A stretch of DNA of 64,000 nt from positions 1-64,000 of the forward strand of contig NIVC01000656.1 of NCBI GenBank assembly GCA_002269645.1. The letters run 5' to 3'. How positions within the stretch are numbered: the stretch's first letter is position 1; each line of letters starts with the position of its first letter. The notes beneath the pieces are model-generated. The model had not been told where the DNA came from, searched no databases, and worked only from the letters and a program-made list of their open reading frames with translations. Below are positions 26,101-39,669 of this stretch, piece by piece. Both the position numbers and the translations under genes were made by a program. The DNA is from Macrostomum lignano. Lineage: Eukaryota.

Positions 26101-29100
26101 CACCGAAGCAGTTCAGAGACAGCGGAACGCGCCCGAACAGTCAGCGGGTCCCTGGCGGCCAAGCAAACAGCGGCCCAACCAGCTGCTATCGATGCGGCGA
26201 ACGCGGGCACAGCTCATGCAACGCGGCAAAAGGCAAAACCTGCCTGGCATGCGGCAAGCCAAACCATCTCGCCAAAGCATGCAGACAACGCAGGCCTCAA
26301 ACAAGCTCCAGCATCAACGCCGTAGCGGACAAAGAAGCTGAGGAGGTCTTCATCGATCACGATTCGCTAAATGAGGAGGCCTTCACTATCCAGTCGCAAA
26401 AAACGGCACCTAGACGCAACTCCGCCAACACTAATCTGAGGATCGAGGGCAAGGACTTCATCGTACTCGTGGGTAGTGGAGCCAGTTGCAACGTCATGAG
26501 CGAGGAGAACTTCCGGCGGCTAAGAAATGTTCGACTGCGCAGCGCCATCCATCCAATTTTCAGCTACGGGTCCACAACGCCTCTCCAAGTCCTGGGTGTC
26601 GCTGACCTCAACGTGAGCACCGCAGCTAGCAGACAACTAGCTTCATTCTACATCACCAAAGGCTGTGGAACCACACTACTCGGTCGAGAAACCGCTTTCA
26701 ACATGGGAATTCTGCACATCCAACATCCAACAGTTGAAGTCAACTCGGTGCAGCCCACGGAAAATCTAGCCGCATCAGGTATTCAAGAGCTGTTCTCCAA
26801 GTACAGAGATGTCGACCAAGATCTTCCAACCGAACTCCGCATCAGCAGCATCCTTGGTGAGTTTCAGTCAATCTTCGAAGGCCTTGGCTGCGTTAAGGGC
26901 GTCGAGGTCGACGTTCGTCTTCGACCAGAAGCTGTCCCAGTCTGTCACCCACCCTCCAGAGTTCCCGTCCACCAGCGGTCGGCGGTCATCGCGGAACTTC
27001 AGGCTCTCCTCGACCAAAGAATCATCGAGCGCGTCAACGGCCCGTCACCGTGGGTCTCCCGCATGGTTGTCGTCCCGAAAGAAGGCGGTGGCATCCGCAT
27101 CTGCCAAGACCTGCGCGACGTCAACTCATTTGCCGTGCCAGAAAAGCAGCCCATCCCAACCTTTGAAGAGATCACGGACGAAATGGCGGGTTCCACGGTA
27201 TTCAGCGAGCTCGACATCGTAAAGGCTTTCCACCAAATTCTTGTCAAACCGAAATCCCGTCACGTCTTCACCTTCAGCACCCCACTGGGTCTCATGCGAC
27301 TGACCAGACTCAGCATGGGATTCACCAACGCAGCCGAGATATTGCAAAGGGTTATGACAGGCGTCCTGAGCGGCCTTGACGGTGTCCGATGGGCACACGA
27401 TGACATCACCGTCTTTGCGAGCACGATGGAAGAGCACAACATCCGACTAAAACAGTGCTTCAAGCGCCTACAAGACCATGGAATCACACTCAACCCGAAC
27501 AAGTGTCGCCTGGCACAGCCTTTCATCGATTTTCTTGGTATGCGCATCAGCGCACGAGGCGTTCAGCCTGCAGCCGAGAAGATCAAGGCCGTCAAAGACT
27601 TTAAGGAGCCAACAAATGTGTCAGAGCTGCGCTCATTCCTCGGTTTGGCCACCTACCTGTCCAGGTTCGTTCCGAACTTCTCAGATCTGACGCAGCCAAT
27701 GCGAGAACTGTTAAAAAAAGGTCATAAATGGTGCTGGTCAGAAAGGCAACAAGAAGCATTCCTGCAAACAAGAGCAGCGATCTGCAAGGAGAGCGTCCTG
27801 GCCTTCTTTGACGTGAATCTCCCAACAGAAGTTCATGTGGACGCCTCACCAGTCGGCCTGGGTGCCATTCTCAGCCAGGTGGATGAGAAAGGCGTTCGCA
27901 AACCGGTCGCCTTCGCCAGCAGGTCGCTCACGCCAGTTGAGCAGCGATACGCCCAAATTGAACGCGAGGCGCTTGCGGTGAAATTCGGGTGCCTACGTTT
28001 CGAGCACTACCTCAGCGGCTGCCCAGATCTCACAGTCATCACGGATCACCGCCCATTAGTCCCGCTTTTTCAACCTGGTTCCAGGCCTCCACCAAGGATT
28101 GAACGGATGGCTTTAAGAGTGCAGCACCTCAAATTCAAGCTCATCTATTAGCCGGGGCCACAGAATCCAGCGGATGTCCTCAGTAGACAACCTGAAATGC
28201 AGACAAAGGACAACCCCGGGGAACTCCTGGACAGACGCTTCATCAACGCAGTCGCCATCGGCTCTACTCCGAAAGGACTGAACTTTGCAACAATTCAGGA
28301 GGCTTCAAAGTCAGACGGCACGATCCAAGCAGCTCTATCAGCTCTACGAACTGGCCAATGGGACAAGCAGAACAGAGAACTGCGAGCCTTGTCCTGCCTG
28401 CAGCAGGAGCTTTCAGAACATGACGGCGTGCTACTACGGAGCTCGTTGATCGTGATCCCGAGCAGCTTACGTCGGACGGTGCTCCAGCTGGCACATGCAG
28501 GCCACCAATGCTGCCGAAAAACTATGGACAGACTGCAAACCAAAGTCTGGTGGCCAGCGATGAGAAGCGACTGCCAGGCGTTCGTCCAGTCTTGCCTTCC
28601 CTGCCAAGCGACATCGCCGAAGAGCCTCGCACCGCCACCACTCTCACCGTCGCAACTTCCGGACGGAGCATGGCTGGTTCTTGGAATGGACTTTTACGGC
28701 CCAGTCCAAGGGAAAATGCTCCTGGTGACAACCGATCTGTTTTCAAAATTTCCCGAGGTCGACATAGTCAGCTCAACATCAGCAGAGGCAGTGCTTCCGC
28801 ATCTCCGGACTCTGTTTAGCAGATACGGCATCCCGTTGGAAATCGTCAGCGACAATGGACCTCCGTTTAACTCGGCAGAATTCACAAACTTCCTCTCAGA
28901 GTTTGGCATCAAGCATCGCCGGATCTGTCCGCTGCACCCCGAGGCGAACGGAGCGACCGAGCGAGTCAACAGGTGCATCAACAAGGTCATCAGAGCGGCC
29001 ATCGCAGAAGGACGCAACTGGCGCACCGCACTCGACGACTGGCTGCTCGCTCATCGCGTCACTCCGCACTCGGCAACCGGCGTGGCACCAGCCGAACTGC

Positions 29101-30730
29101 TCATGGGCCGAGCTCTCAACGACGGCCTCCCGTCAATCCAACCATCGCAGCCTGTGCAGCACGACCGCGCCGAACTCGCAAAGCGCCACGAGGCCTACAA
29201 CAACCAGATCGCAGCAGGTTTCAACCGCTCCAGGAGGGCCAAGGCAGCCAATGTCAAGCCGGGTTCGGCGGTTCTTCGCAAGCGGACGAGACGCACGAAA
29301 ATTCAAACGCCTTTCGAGCTCGAACCCTGGACCGTCACCGACAGGCGAGGCGATTCCTACGTCCTGCGGCAAGGCGACCGGACATGCACTCGCCACCTGA
29401 CGCACATCCGGCCTCTGACAGCGACCGAGGACCCACCACCAGAAGCGGACGCCGGCGCCGCCTCGCCGGAGCGCGGCATTGCTGAGAGGCCGCACCCGAG
29501 AGCGGCCAAGGACAAGCCTATCAGCTACAGAGTTTGACGGGTTTTGACGGGTAACTGGTGCTAAGGGCTGAGACAAGTGTTTTTTACCCTTAATGTTTTA
29601 TTCCTTTTTCCTTATCCTTTTAATCCGCATTTTTGAGCTTTTTCGTTTTTTGGGGAGAAGTGTAATTGCCTCGCAATATTATTATCAATTTGTTCTAAAT
29701 AGGCGAGTGAGTTATATTATAAATGTACATCTTGTGTCGCATGAGTCATGTACGCCGTACGCGTAAAACCTCAAATATATATATCGCTAACCTGGCCAGT
29801 TAGGGCCCCATGCTTGATTTTCTCGCTCAGCTTAACACGCGGCCTTGAGACTTTACAGATGGGATCTCAATCTGTGCCGGATGGGATCTCAATTTGTGAC
29901 AGATAGGATCTCAAAATCTATGACAGATGGGATCTCAATCTATGACAGATAGGATCTCAATCTGTGACAGATGGGATCTCAATCTGTGCCGGATGGGATC
30001 TCAATCTGTGCCGGATGGGATCTCAATCTGTGCCGGATGTGATCTCAATCTTTGCCGGATGGGATCTTAATCTGTGCCGGATGGGATCTCAATCTTTGCC
30101 GGACGGGATCTCAATCTATGACAGATGGGATCTCAATCTATGACAGATGGGATCTCAATCTATGACAGATGGGATCTCAATCTATGACAGATGGGATCTC
30201 AATCTATGACAGATGGGATCTCAATCTATGACAGATGGGATCTCAATCTATGACAGATGGGATCTCAATCTATGACATACGGGATCTCAATACGGGAGTT
30301 CAATAATCGTACAATAAGTCCTCATTGGCATCCCAGCACCAACCTGATTCTCCAACTGTCGCCGCCATCCCTCAGCCTCCTGCATCCAGTCCCTGGAGAT
30401 TGGCTCGGCATAGGCTGTCCTTCGAGCGGATTCGTCCAAATCCGACAGCAGATTTCTGGCTCGCTCCCTTGCCGCTCTCATCTCGTCGGCTGATACGCCG
30501 GCTCGCGAGGTCGGCTGCTTTGTGGTTGAGTCGTCAACTCGGGTGATTCCTGCGCCGCTGAAACCGCCGCGGTATTTCGGCACATAGGCCAGTCTGGATT
30601 GCCAGCTTGAGCTGGAGGCGACTCCATGCTGCTGCGGCACCAATCGACCGCAGTAATCATCGTCCGAATCTGACTCGTAATAATACTCGTCTGAGTCGTC
30701 TCCGGCGTCGCATACAAATCGACTAGACAT
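18506..30730 (-). CDS. EXD3: Exonuclease mut-7 homolog / EXD3, 951 aa; exons 30730-30344, 24803-24393, 23592-23246, 22617-22209, 19807-18506
   Basis: All five exons join in phase (387+411+347+409+1302 = 2856 nt). DEDDy motifs: GIDAEW (ExoI), [13 protein letters not shown] (ExoII), [11 protein letters not shown] (ExoIII). N-terminal [11 protein letters not shown] motif, C-terminal Mut7-C-like region with CEEC...CVNC zinc ribbon. Minus-strand AATAAA near 18445-18450. Exon 1 is the least certain. Confidence 0.9.
19920..20462. repeat. ~18-bp minisatellite (TGTAACCTGTTAGATAGG) in EXD3 intron 4
   Basis: Direct reading. Confidence 0.9.
20741..21190 (+). CDS. Small N-myristoylation-motif single-pass membrane protein (149 aa), nested antisense in EXD3 intron 4; paralog of 43372-43641
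   Basis: MGGTQS (MGxxxS); hydrophobic [27 protein letters not shown]; [10 protein letters not shown] cluster; acidic tail; FHDNAGF. AG 5 nt upstream of the ATG, AATAAA near 21960. The N-terminus and tail motif are conserved with the second copy. Confidence 0.75.
   Translation: MGGTQSWLSCDKTYPNPTGQSQPPINSAGSHHGSINHTTDAGSLPLAMAMFLIALLGVLVCTCVANCLAIGCGCCYCCCCQTNSGEQQGRQADDNSGSAPSSEAEDSVNDDDDEVVKIVTTASELPQAQAPAQPAAGFHDNAGFLSYYY
21200..21903. repeat. Composite GC-rich minisatellite (CTGCGTGACCCGAGCTGACCTGAC core; ~72-bp compound units, then 31-bp units), likely in the 3' UTR of the nested ORF
   Basis: Direct reading; lies between the stop at 21190 and AATAAA near 21960. Confidence 0.9.
22635..23215. 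repeat. (GACA)n microsatellite filling EXD3 intron 3
   Basis: Direct reading. Confidence 0.95.
23780..24330. repeat. Purine-rich minisatellite (AGGGAGAGAAGGGAGAC(AGGGAGA)) in EXD3 intron 2
   Basis: Direct reading. Confidence 0.9.
24848..25292. repeat. 22-bp minisatellite (GATGGGATCTCAATCTGTGCCG), left arm, split by the gypsy insertion
   Basis: The same unit resumes at 29858. Confidence 0.95.
25293..29857 (+). mobile_element. Full-length Ty3/gypsy LTR retrotransposon (Mag-like clade, inferred)
   Basis: LTRs 25293-25489 and 29661-29857 (197 bp, TG...CA, no difference seen by eye). 5-bp TSD GATGG (25288-25292 / 29858-29862). PBS-like TGGCGTCGC after the 5' LTR, polypurine tract GGGGAGAAG before the 3' LTR. 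Domain order gag-PR-RT-RH-IN. Confidence 0.97.
25527..29537 (+). CDS. gag-pol polyprotein interrupted by one in-frame TAG (28149-28151); protease catalytic Asp replaced by Gly
   Basis: Two Zn knuckles (CYRC..H..C; CLAC.KPNH..AC); PR motif LVGSGAS (expected LVDSGAS); RT ([16 protein letters not shown]); RH ([29 protein letters not shown]); IN (H..H..C..C, DFYGP, SDNGPPF, ANGATER). ORFs 25380-28151 and 28197-29537 are in the same frame. Confidence 0.92.
29858..30290. repeat. 22-bp minisatellite, right arm
   Basis: Continuation of the array at 24848-25292. Confidence 0.95.
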
Positions 30731-30802
30731 GATTGATAGCTCGAACTGGCTGAAATAACGAGCAGGTGCCTTGCTCATAAGGGAATCTGTATAACTTTTT
30801 AC

Positions 30803-31577
30803 CTCGCTATCTATATACCCGAGTGCTTAATGATATCGGAGCTAATTACCTTCACTATCTATATACCTGAATGCTTAATGATATCGGAGCTAATTACCTT
30901 CACTATCTATATACCCGAGTGCTCAATGATATCGGAGCTAATTACCTTCACTATCTATATACCTGAGTGCTTAATGATATCGGAGCTAATTACCTTCACT
31001 ATCTATATACCTGAGTGCTTAATGATATCGGAGCTAATTACCTTCACTATCTATATACCTGAGTGCTTAATGATATCGGAGCTAATTACCTTCACTATCT
31101 ATATACCTGAGTGCTTAATGATATCGGAGCTAATTACCTTCACTATCTATATACCTGAGTGCTTAATGATATCGGAGCTAATTACCTTCACTATCTATAT
31201 ACCTGAGTGCTTAATGATATCGGAGCTAATTACCTTCACTATCTATATACCTGAGTGCTTAATGATATCGGAGCTAATTACCTTCACTATCTATATACCT
31301 GAGTGCTTAATGATATCGGAGCTAATTACCTTCACTATCTATATACCTGAGTGCTTAATGATATCGGAGCTAATTACCTTCACTGTCTATATACCGGAGT
31401 GCTTAATGATATCGGAGCTAATTACCTTCACTATCTATATACCGGAGTGCTTAATGATAACGGAGCTAATTACCTTCACTATCTATATACCTGAGTGCTT
31501 AATGATATCGGAGCTAATTACCTTCACTATCTATATACCGGAGTGCTTAATGATATCGAAGCTAATTACCTTCACTA
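30803..31577. repeat. 48-bp minisatellite (TATCTATATACCTGAGTGCTTAATGATATCGGAGCTAATTACCTTCAC), about 16 near-identical copies
   Basis: Direct reading; explains the 16-aa periodic ORF 30830-31600. Confidence 0.95.
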
Positions 31578-33340
31578 TGACAGAGTTCTTAAAACAATAG
31601 AATGTACAAGGTTCTATAATTATTTAACCGCTTTCAGTTCATTTAATTCTTTCATATGTAGCTCTCTAAGTGTACAACACATTACTAGGAAATTGTGCAG
31701 TAATATGTACTTTTTGCATAAGAGAGCACAATGTACTTTTGCAAGATTTAAAAATTGAGCGCAGACATTATAATAATGAGTCTGGAACAGAGTGCATCTT
31801 GCATTTTGATTTATATTACAAATTATCAAATTTCTCAATACTAGCAACCCCTACCCACTCAAATCATATGAACATTAGTAATTATAATGTAGCTTGCCAA
31901 AAATGCTGCAGAAATTATTCTTCTGCAACAAGCACAGAAAAGCTAGATCTGGCACAAGCTATTTGTTATGTTGCAAGATTAAAAAATTGAGCACAGACAT
32001 GTAAGTATTATTGGTCTGGAACAGAGTGCATCTTGCGTAATCAGATAATATTGGTACATTATGTAATTTGCTTATACTGAGAAGTGAATCAATTTTTACT
32101 ACATTTTTACCCAATAGTCTAACAACAAACTAGCTTTTTTACTATGAGTAGCTAACCGACACCTAAATGGTTTTTTAAAATAGTCTTCCAACTATACTTA
32201 TTGTCTTATGTGCCGAAAAAAACACAAAAGAGGCAACAGCCGCTAATATTAAATTTTTATTTGTGCGCCAAGAACTCGCAGATCAGATGAATTTTGTTAT
32301 AACTTGATCTACGAAGTGAAACACAAACTTCCAGAATTCTTGAATCCAAATTCAAACAAAAATTTACTTGTTTTATAATTATTATCGTAGCGACAGTAGT
32401 ATCAGTAGTCAGTAGTATATAGGCATGGCCACCACTACCAGTAGTATGCGGTAGTACGAGAGGCTCGACATCAAAGAGAAACTGCACAGATTACTGATGC
32501 GAGTTAAAACACGGATCACAATATTTTCAAGTATAAAAAGACATTATTTTAATTAGCTACTCTGAGTAATAGGTATATGCATTAGAATATTAAATATATG
32601 TACTTTGACCAGCCGATTAAACAGAAACGCAAGCAAATATAATAAAGTACATAGAAAGAAACCATTTGGAAATATTATTGAAACTGCAGGGCTGTCAATA
32701 AGGAATTATAATGAATCAGGAGCCAGTGCTATCAATATTAAAAAGGTTATAATTCAGAGCATTTCCACCAATGCAGATTAAAAATCGCAATAATCAAAAT
32801 TGTTACTTTTTCTGTCAAGAGAAACTCAAAGAAGGAACACGAAGGGGAGTTAGGAAAACTAACTAGACAACTAATCTATGCAGTTTGAAAATTAAAAAAA
32901 TTACAAGACGACAACACTGCATTACTACTGAAAGTGTGAAAACTATTATGGAATATGAAACGTTATAATAAGCAGTATCGTTTAACTTGTTGGTCGATAA
33001 TGTGATGACGAAAATGACGTTTCAATATCGTCATCAGTTATGCAATATGTAAAATCACAGTGCAAAGCGAACAGGTTTATTGGCATGCCTCTGTGTAATC
33101 AATTTTTGTTTATTTAATAATACGCTCGTAATGATGATATGTACTTTATGCGGATGTACTAATAAACTAAATACCCCCCCCCCGATTACTATATAAACTA
33201 CTTGGATCAAATAGACAGAAGCAACATAGACAAAAAGTTACAATAGAATAGACAGGAAACCATATTAAAATAAAACAAGAATACATGTAACACAGTTAAC
33301 TGAACATATTTGGTTGCATTATTATCTACGGTAATTATTC

Positions 33341-33545
33341 TTAGACACACATGCGCAGCAACCTGATTTACACCGGCCGTGCGACTTACTTCTTAACCAA
33401 AAATGTAACTTGCCTAAAAAAACCCTAAGCGAAATAAACATTGTATGTAAACGGTAGGAGTAACTATGACTGTATTATAGGTTAAATACCTCGGCATCTA
33501 ATTAGTACTCGATAGCCGGCCGGATGTTCCGCATGTATGTTCTTA
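33341..33545 (+). other. ~200-bp element with imperfect terminal inverted repeats enclosing a 60-nt 28S rRNA-like fragment (33447-33506)
   Basis: GTAAACGGTAGGAGTAACTATGACT...AAATACCTCGGCATCTAATTAGT versus recalled 28S GTAAACGGCGGGAGTAACTATGACTCTCTTAAGGTAGCCAAATGCCTCGTCATCTAATTAGT: 23/25 and 21/23 matches in the outer blocks. Flanking IR: TTAGACACACATGCGCAGCAAC / GATGTTCCGCATGTATGTTCTTA. It is not a functional rRNA gene. Confidence 0.65.
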
Positions 33546-33762
33546 GAACAAACAATTCATCCTGTTGATATTCAATACCCGTAGTTATCATCATCAAACT
33601 TACTAATATAATTAGCGATGACAACAGATCTTGAACAATCAAATAATTAATCAAAAAGTAAAAACAGAGGGGGCTTGTCTAGTCAGTAGAAGGTCAGTAG
33701 GGTAAGGGAAACTGAATGTCGGTACTAAATGACCGGCCAGAAGCCTTACAATAATTATTTTT

Positions 33763-36274
<2,512 letters not shown>

Positions 36275-36724
36275 TTAACAAATACAATTAAATCAACACT
36301 TTTTTCAATTCAGGGTCAGTGTATTTCTGGGGAGATTTGCGCTACTCACAATGCTGGCTTGCAACTGATCAGTTAACATGAATTTGAGGAAATATATATT
36401 ATTTAACTAGAAATGGTTGCAAGAATCAAATAAAAAAACTTTTATCATAATACCAATCTCCAAGAACTTTTGAACCCTTCTGTTTTGGTAATGGCCTAGC
36501 TTTTTTGGTGCCCCCTATAGTAGCCAATGGTAGTAAATTAGTGAATGACCATTATTATAGATAGTATCTAGTCACTAGTGCAATAGGTTAGTTGGTACCA
36601 AATTAGCATAATCATTAGGTATATTATTTATGTTTTCATTAAAATGATAATTATTAAATACGAGCTATATTATTGTTTTATTGTATAATACATTTATTAT
36701 ATGGTATATTCAAGTTCTCTATTA

Positions 36725-37507
36725 GGCCCATTCCATATAAGATGGACATATTTGGAAAAAAGAAAAAAGTCAATATTTTTGCTTGTCATTGCCTTATCAG
36801 CCAATTTTTTTACCAAATCTTTTTTGTATGTAATGTATACAATCTAAGAAAAAAAAATGATAAAATGTTGGATTAGTATGTTATTAATTGGCAAAAAGTT
36901 ATTTTTGTAAAAAATTGGACATTTTCTAAGCAAAAGACATCATTAAGTTTATGTACCTTTTAAAAACAAATAGAAAGCTTTAGGTTAAAACAAACTATAT
37001 ATAAAATTATAGTACTTGCATCATCAGATAAAAACATTAGCAACCATATAATCTATTATATTTTTAATATATTAGTACTTCAAAGTTACTGAATTGACAG
37101 AAAAAAATATGTTACGACCATAATGTTACGACCATAAGGCTGCCTTTTCTTTTGTATCTTTGTTGCCTTTTTGAGTTTATATATTCTAATAAAAGAGTAT
37201 GACTTCTAAAGATGTTCTTAGTCAAATTTAAAAAAAAATTATTGCAAAATATCAAAATGAAAAATTTTATAAGACTTTTATCTTTTAGTTTCTATATGTC
37301 AAAAATCCTGTTGTTACGACCATAAGTGCCATTCAAGGTTTAATAACATCTATACTAATGATGATATCTATATGAAACTTTATAAACATATTCTTGACAA
37401 AATAATCTTTCATTCAAAATATTGGTTTAGTATATTCTATTATTAGATTTCATTTTATAAGTAAAAATAGTCTGTCACGTTACGACCACAATTATATGGA
37501 ATGGCCC
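36725..37507. mobile_element. Degenerate AT-rich MITE-like relic
   Basis: 16-bp inverted ends GGCCCATTCCATATAA / TTATATGGAATGGCCC (1 mismatch); four internal GTTACGACCA motifs (37111, 37125, 37313, 37479). No clean TSD. Confidence 0.4.
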
Positions 37508-39045
37508 ATTATAGATATACATTAGCCAAGGTCTGAACTATGCTAGACACCCGTTTCCTATGCTAGATTGTGCCAGATTGCACTGCCAAAGGCGAATTGA
37601 TAATTGTGCTATATTGGATAATGTCTGCAATAATTACCATTGGTTGCAATAGGCAGTGAAAAGGTTTCATGCTTGATATATTGCATGTGGCTAAGGTATA
37701 GATGCATACAAATTCAAAAAATATAATTAGATCAGGTTGAGCTTGAGCCCTGGGTTCTAATGTATAATAGGCCTAGACAATTAAATGGTAGATTCATATC
37801 ATTGAAAGTCAGAGTTCCAAGGTGTGGCATAAGTGGTAATCCTCCATAGTCAAGAAGATGGTCTTTTGCATGGAAAATTCTGGCACAAAAGGAGGTTGGA
37901 TATGTGCCATGCCGGTGCATTCTGGTGCAACAGCAGGCAAAGGAGAAAAATCCAACATAATATGGCCCAAGACAAAATAATTGGCACAATTTGGTACAAA
38001 ACGAAAACTTCCAATTAGACAATATTTTTTTGAGACAGAAAATTAGCATGTTTTTCTTTTTATTAGAACCTTTTTTGATAGTGTATTGACAGATTTTTTA
38101 ATTAACATACGTTACCATTGCATTTTCTATGAAACAGATTCAAATACAAGCTCTACTAGTATTTTTCAAATGGAAAATTACTGATTTTTGTGTTTTTTTT
38201 CAAAATGTTGTAGTACATGTTGCAAGCAAACTTTTTTGTTAGGAATAATTCTGATGCATGATAAAAGCAAATTTTTTTAAAGGATTTATTCTGGTACACA
38301 GTGTAATCAAACTTTTTTGATAGGATTTGTTGTGGTGCAAGTGTGCCATGATCCTGACTATGGGCAATCCTATTAGACCATTGCCTTAAACTGACTTTTA
38401 TTAAATTTTATTACTTTAAACTTTCATTGATCATGAATTTGTACTTTTTTGTCTATGGGAAAAACCCTTTACTATTGCACCTTTCTTAGTAATTTCTTTA
38501 GTTCACCATCACTTTTCTTTGTTTACTTGGTTTTTTTTTCTGTCTAGTTCAACCTTGCTATTCCTCTTTCTCTTTCTTGCCAACTGATTGGCTCTCCATT
38601 CTTTGTCTCTTTTTATTTGCAAATTTCATCTCTTTCATTATTATTCTAGACTCAACTCCTCTCTTTAAGTTAGTTTTCTAAACATATTGGTTTGGGCCCT
38701 GCACACTCTTAATACTATTTCTGCTTTGCTTTTCAATTTAGCTCTAATAAATAAATTTGTCCTAAAAACAAATAACCTATTCTATATTCTACATCAATTA
38801 AAAAATTAAATGTATGTATATACAAAATATAATTTAAAAATTCCTTTTTTGGCCTTGATAGAGCTTTAGTAAATTAATATAGGTGCCAGTTTAATCATTG
38901 TTATATTTAGATCTAACATCAACAATATGTTTGCTCTTTCTTGCAAAAAATCTACTGCTTTATATGCCTCTCTTGGTCAATTTTTTGTTCTGGGCACTGG
39001 ATATATAAAGTGCATTCAGAGACAAAGTGTCCATGAATTTTTTTT

Positions 39046-39295
39046 GGAAGTGCTTATCCCCACAGTCCTATGCTGATAATTCTAATTTTATCCACACGGA
39101 TCCATGTTGATAATTTCTAGCTTATCCCCACAGCAGCTTATTGAAATAGCTGCTACTATTCAAGTCTATAGGCCATGTCAATAATTCCAATTTTATCCAT
39201 ATAGATCTGTGTCAACAATTTTTAGCTTATCCCCATAGCTAAGATTGTGTAGCTTTTTGTTTAGTTTTGTATACTGGTGTTAAATAGATATTATC

Positions 39296-39326
<31 letters not shown>

Positions 39327-39669
39327 TTATATATTGAATTTTGAAATTTGCAAGTCTCATTTGCCTCAATCTTAGGGTCCATTAGGTCATTCTAAGTGAA
39401 GCCAACAGCTAAGCAAATATTTAAAATTAACCCTTTAAACAACCAAAAAGTTTTACCAAAGTACTCAATACTATTCAATATTCAATAGTTTATTTCATAT
39501 TTGGAAGATTTATAAAACACTGAAAACAAACAGATGGTTTTTGAATAGATTCATTTTAAGGTTCTATATTCCAATAAGCTGCCGTGGGAATAAGCTGAAA
39601 ATTATTGACACAGATCCATGTGAATAAAATTGGAATTATCAGCATGGGACCATGGGGATAAGCACTTCC
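39046..39669. repeat. Inverted repeat, ~98-bp arms (39046-39143 / 39572-39669); old foldback element
   Basis: GGAAGTGCTTATCCCC...GCAGCTTATTG matches the reverse complement of the right arm at roughly 80-85% by eye; a partial third copy lies at ~39175-39240. Confidence 0.75.

Noticed and set aside
33000-33045. Possible hammerhead ribozyme on the minus strand (CTGATGA...GAAAC...GTC)
   Set aside because: Stem II has no closing pair and stem I cannot form; it is just a short inverted repeat (GATGACGA/TCGTCATC).
33447-33506. Functional rRNA gene
   Set aside because: Only 60 nt, diverged, with no flanking rDNA; reported as a fragment.
37732-38049. Possible transposase or homing-endonuclease fragment
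   Set aside because: Manual six-frame reading gave only a weak LLLHQNAPAWH resemblance to pogo DDE motifs, with stops; not supportable.
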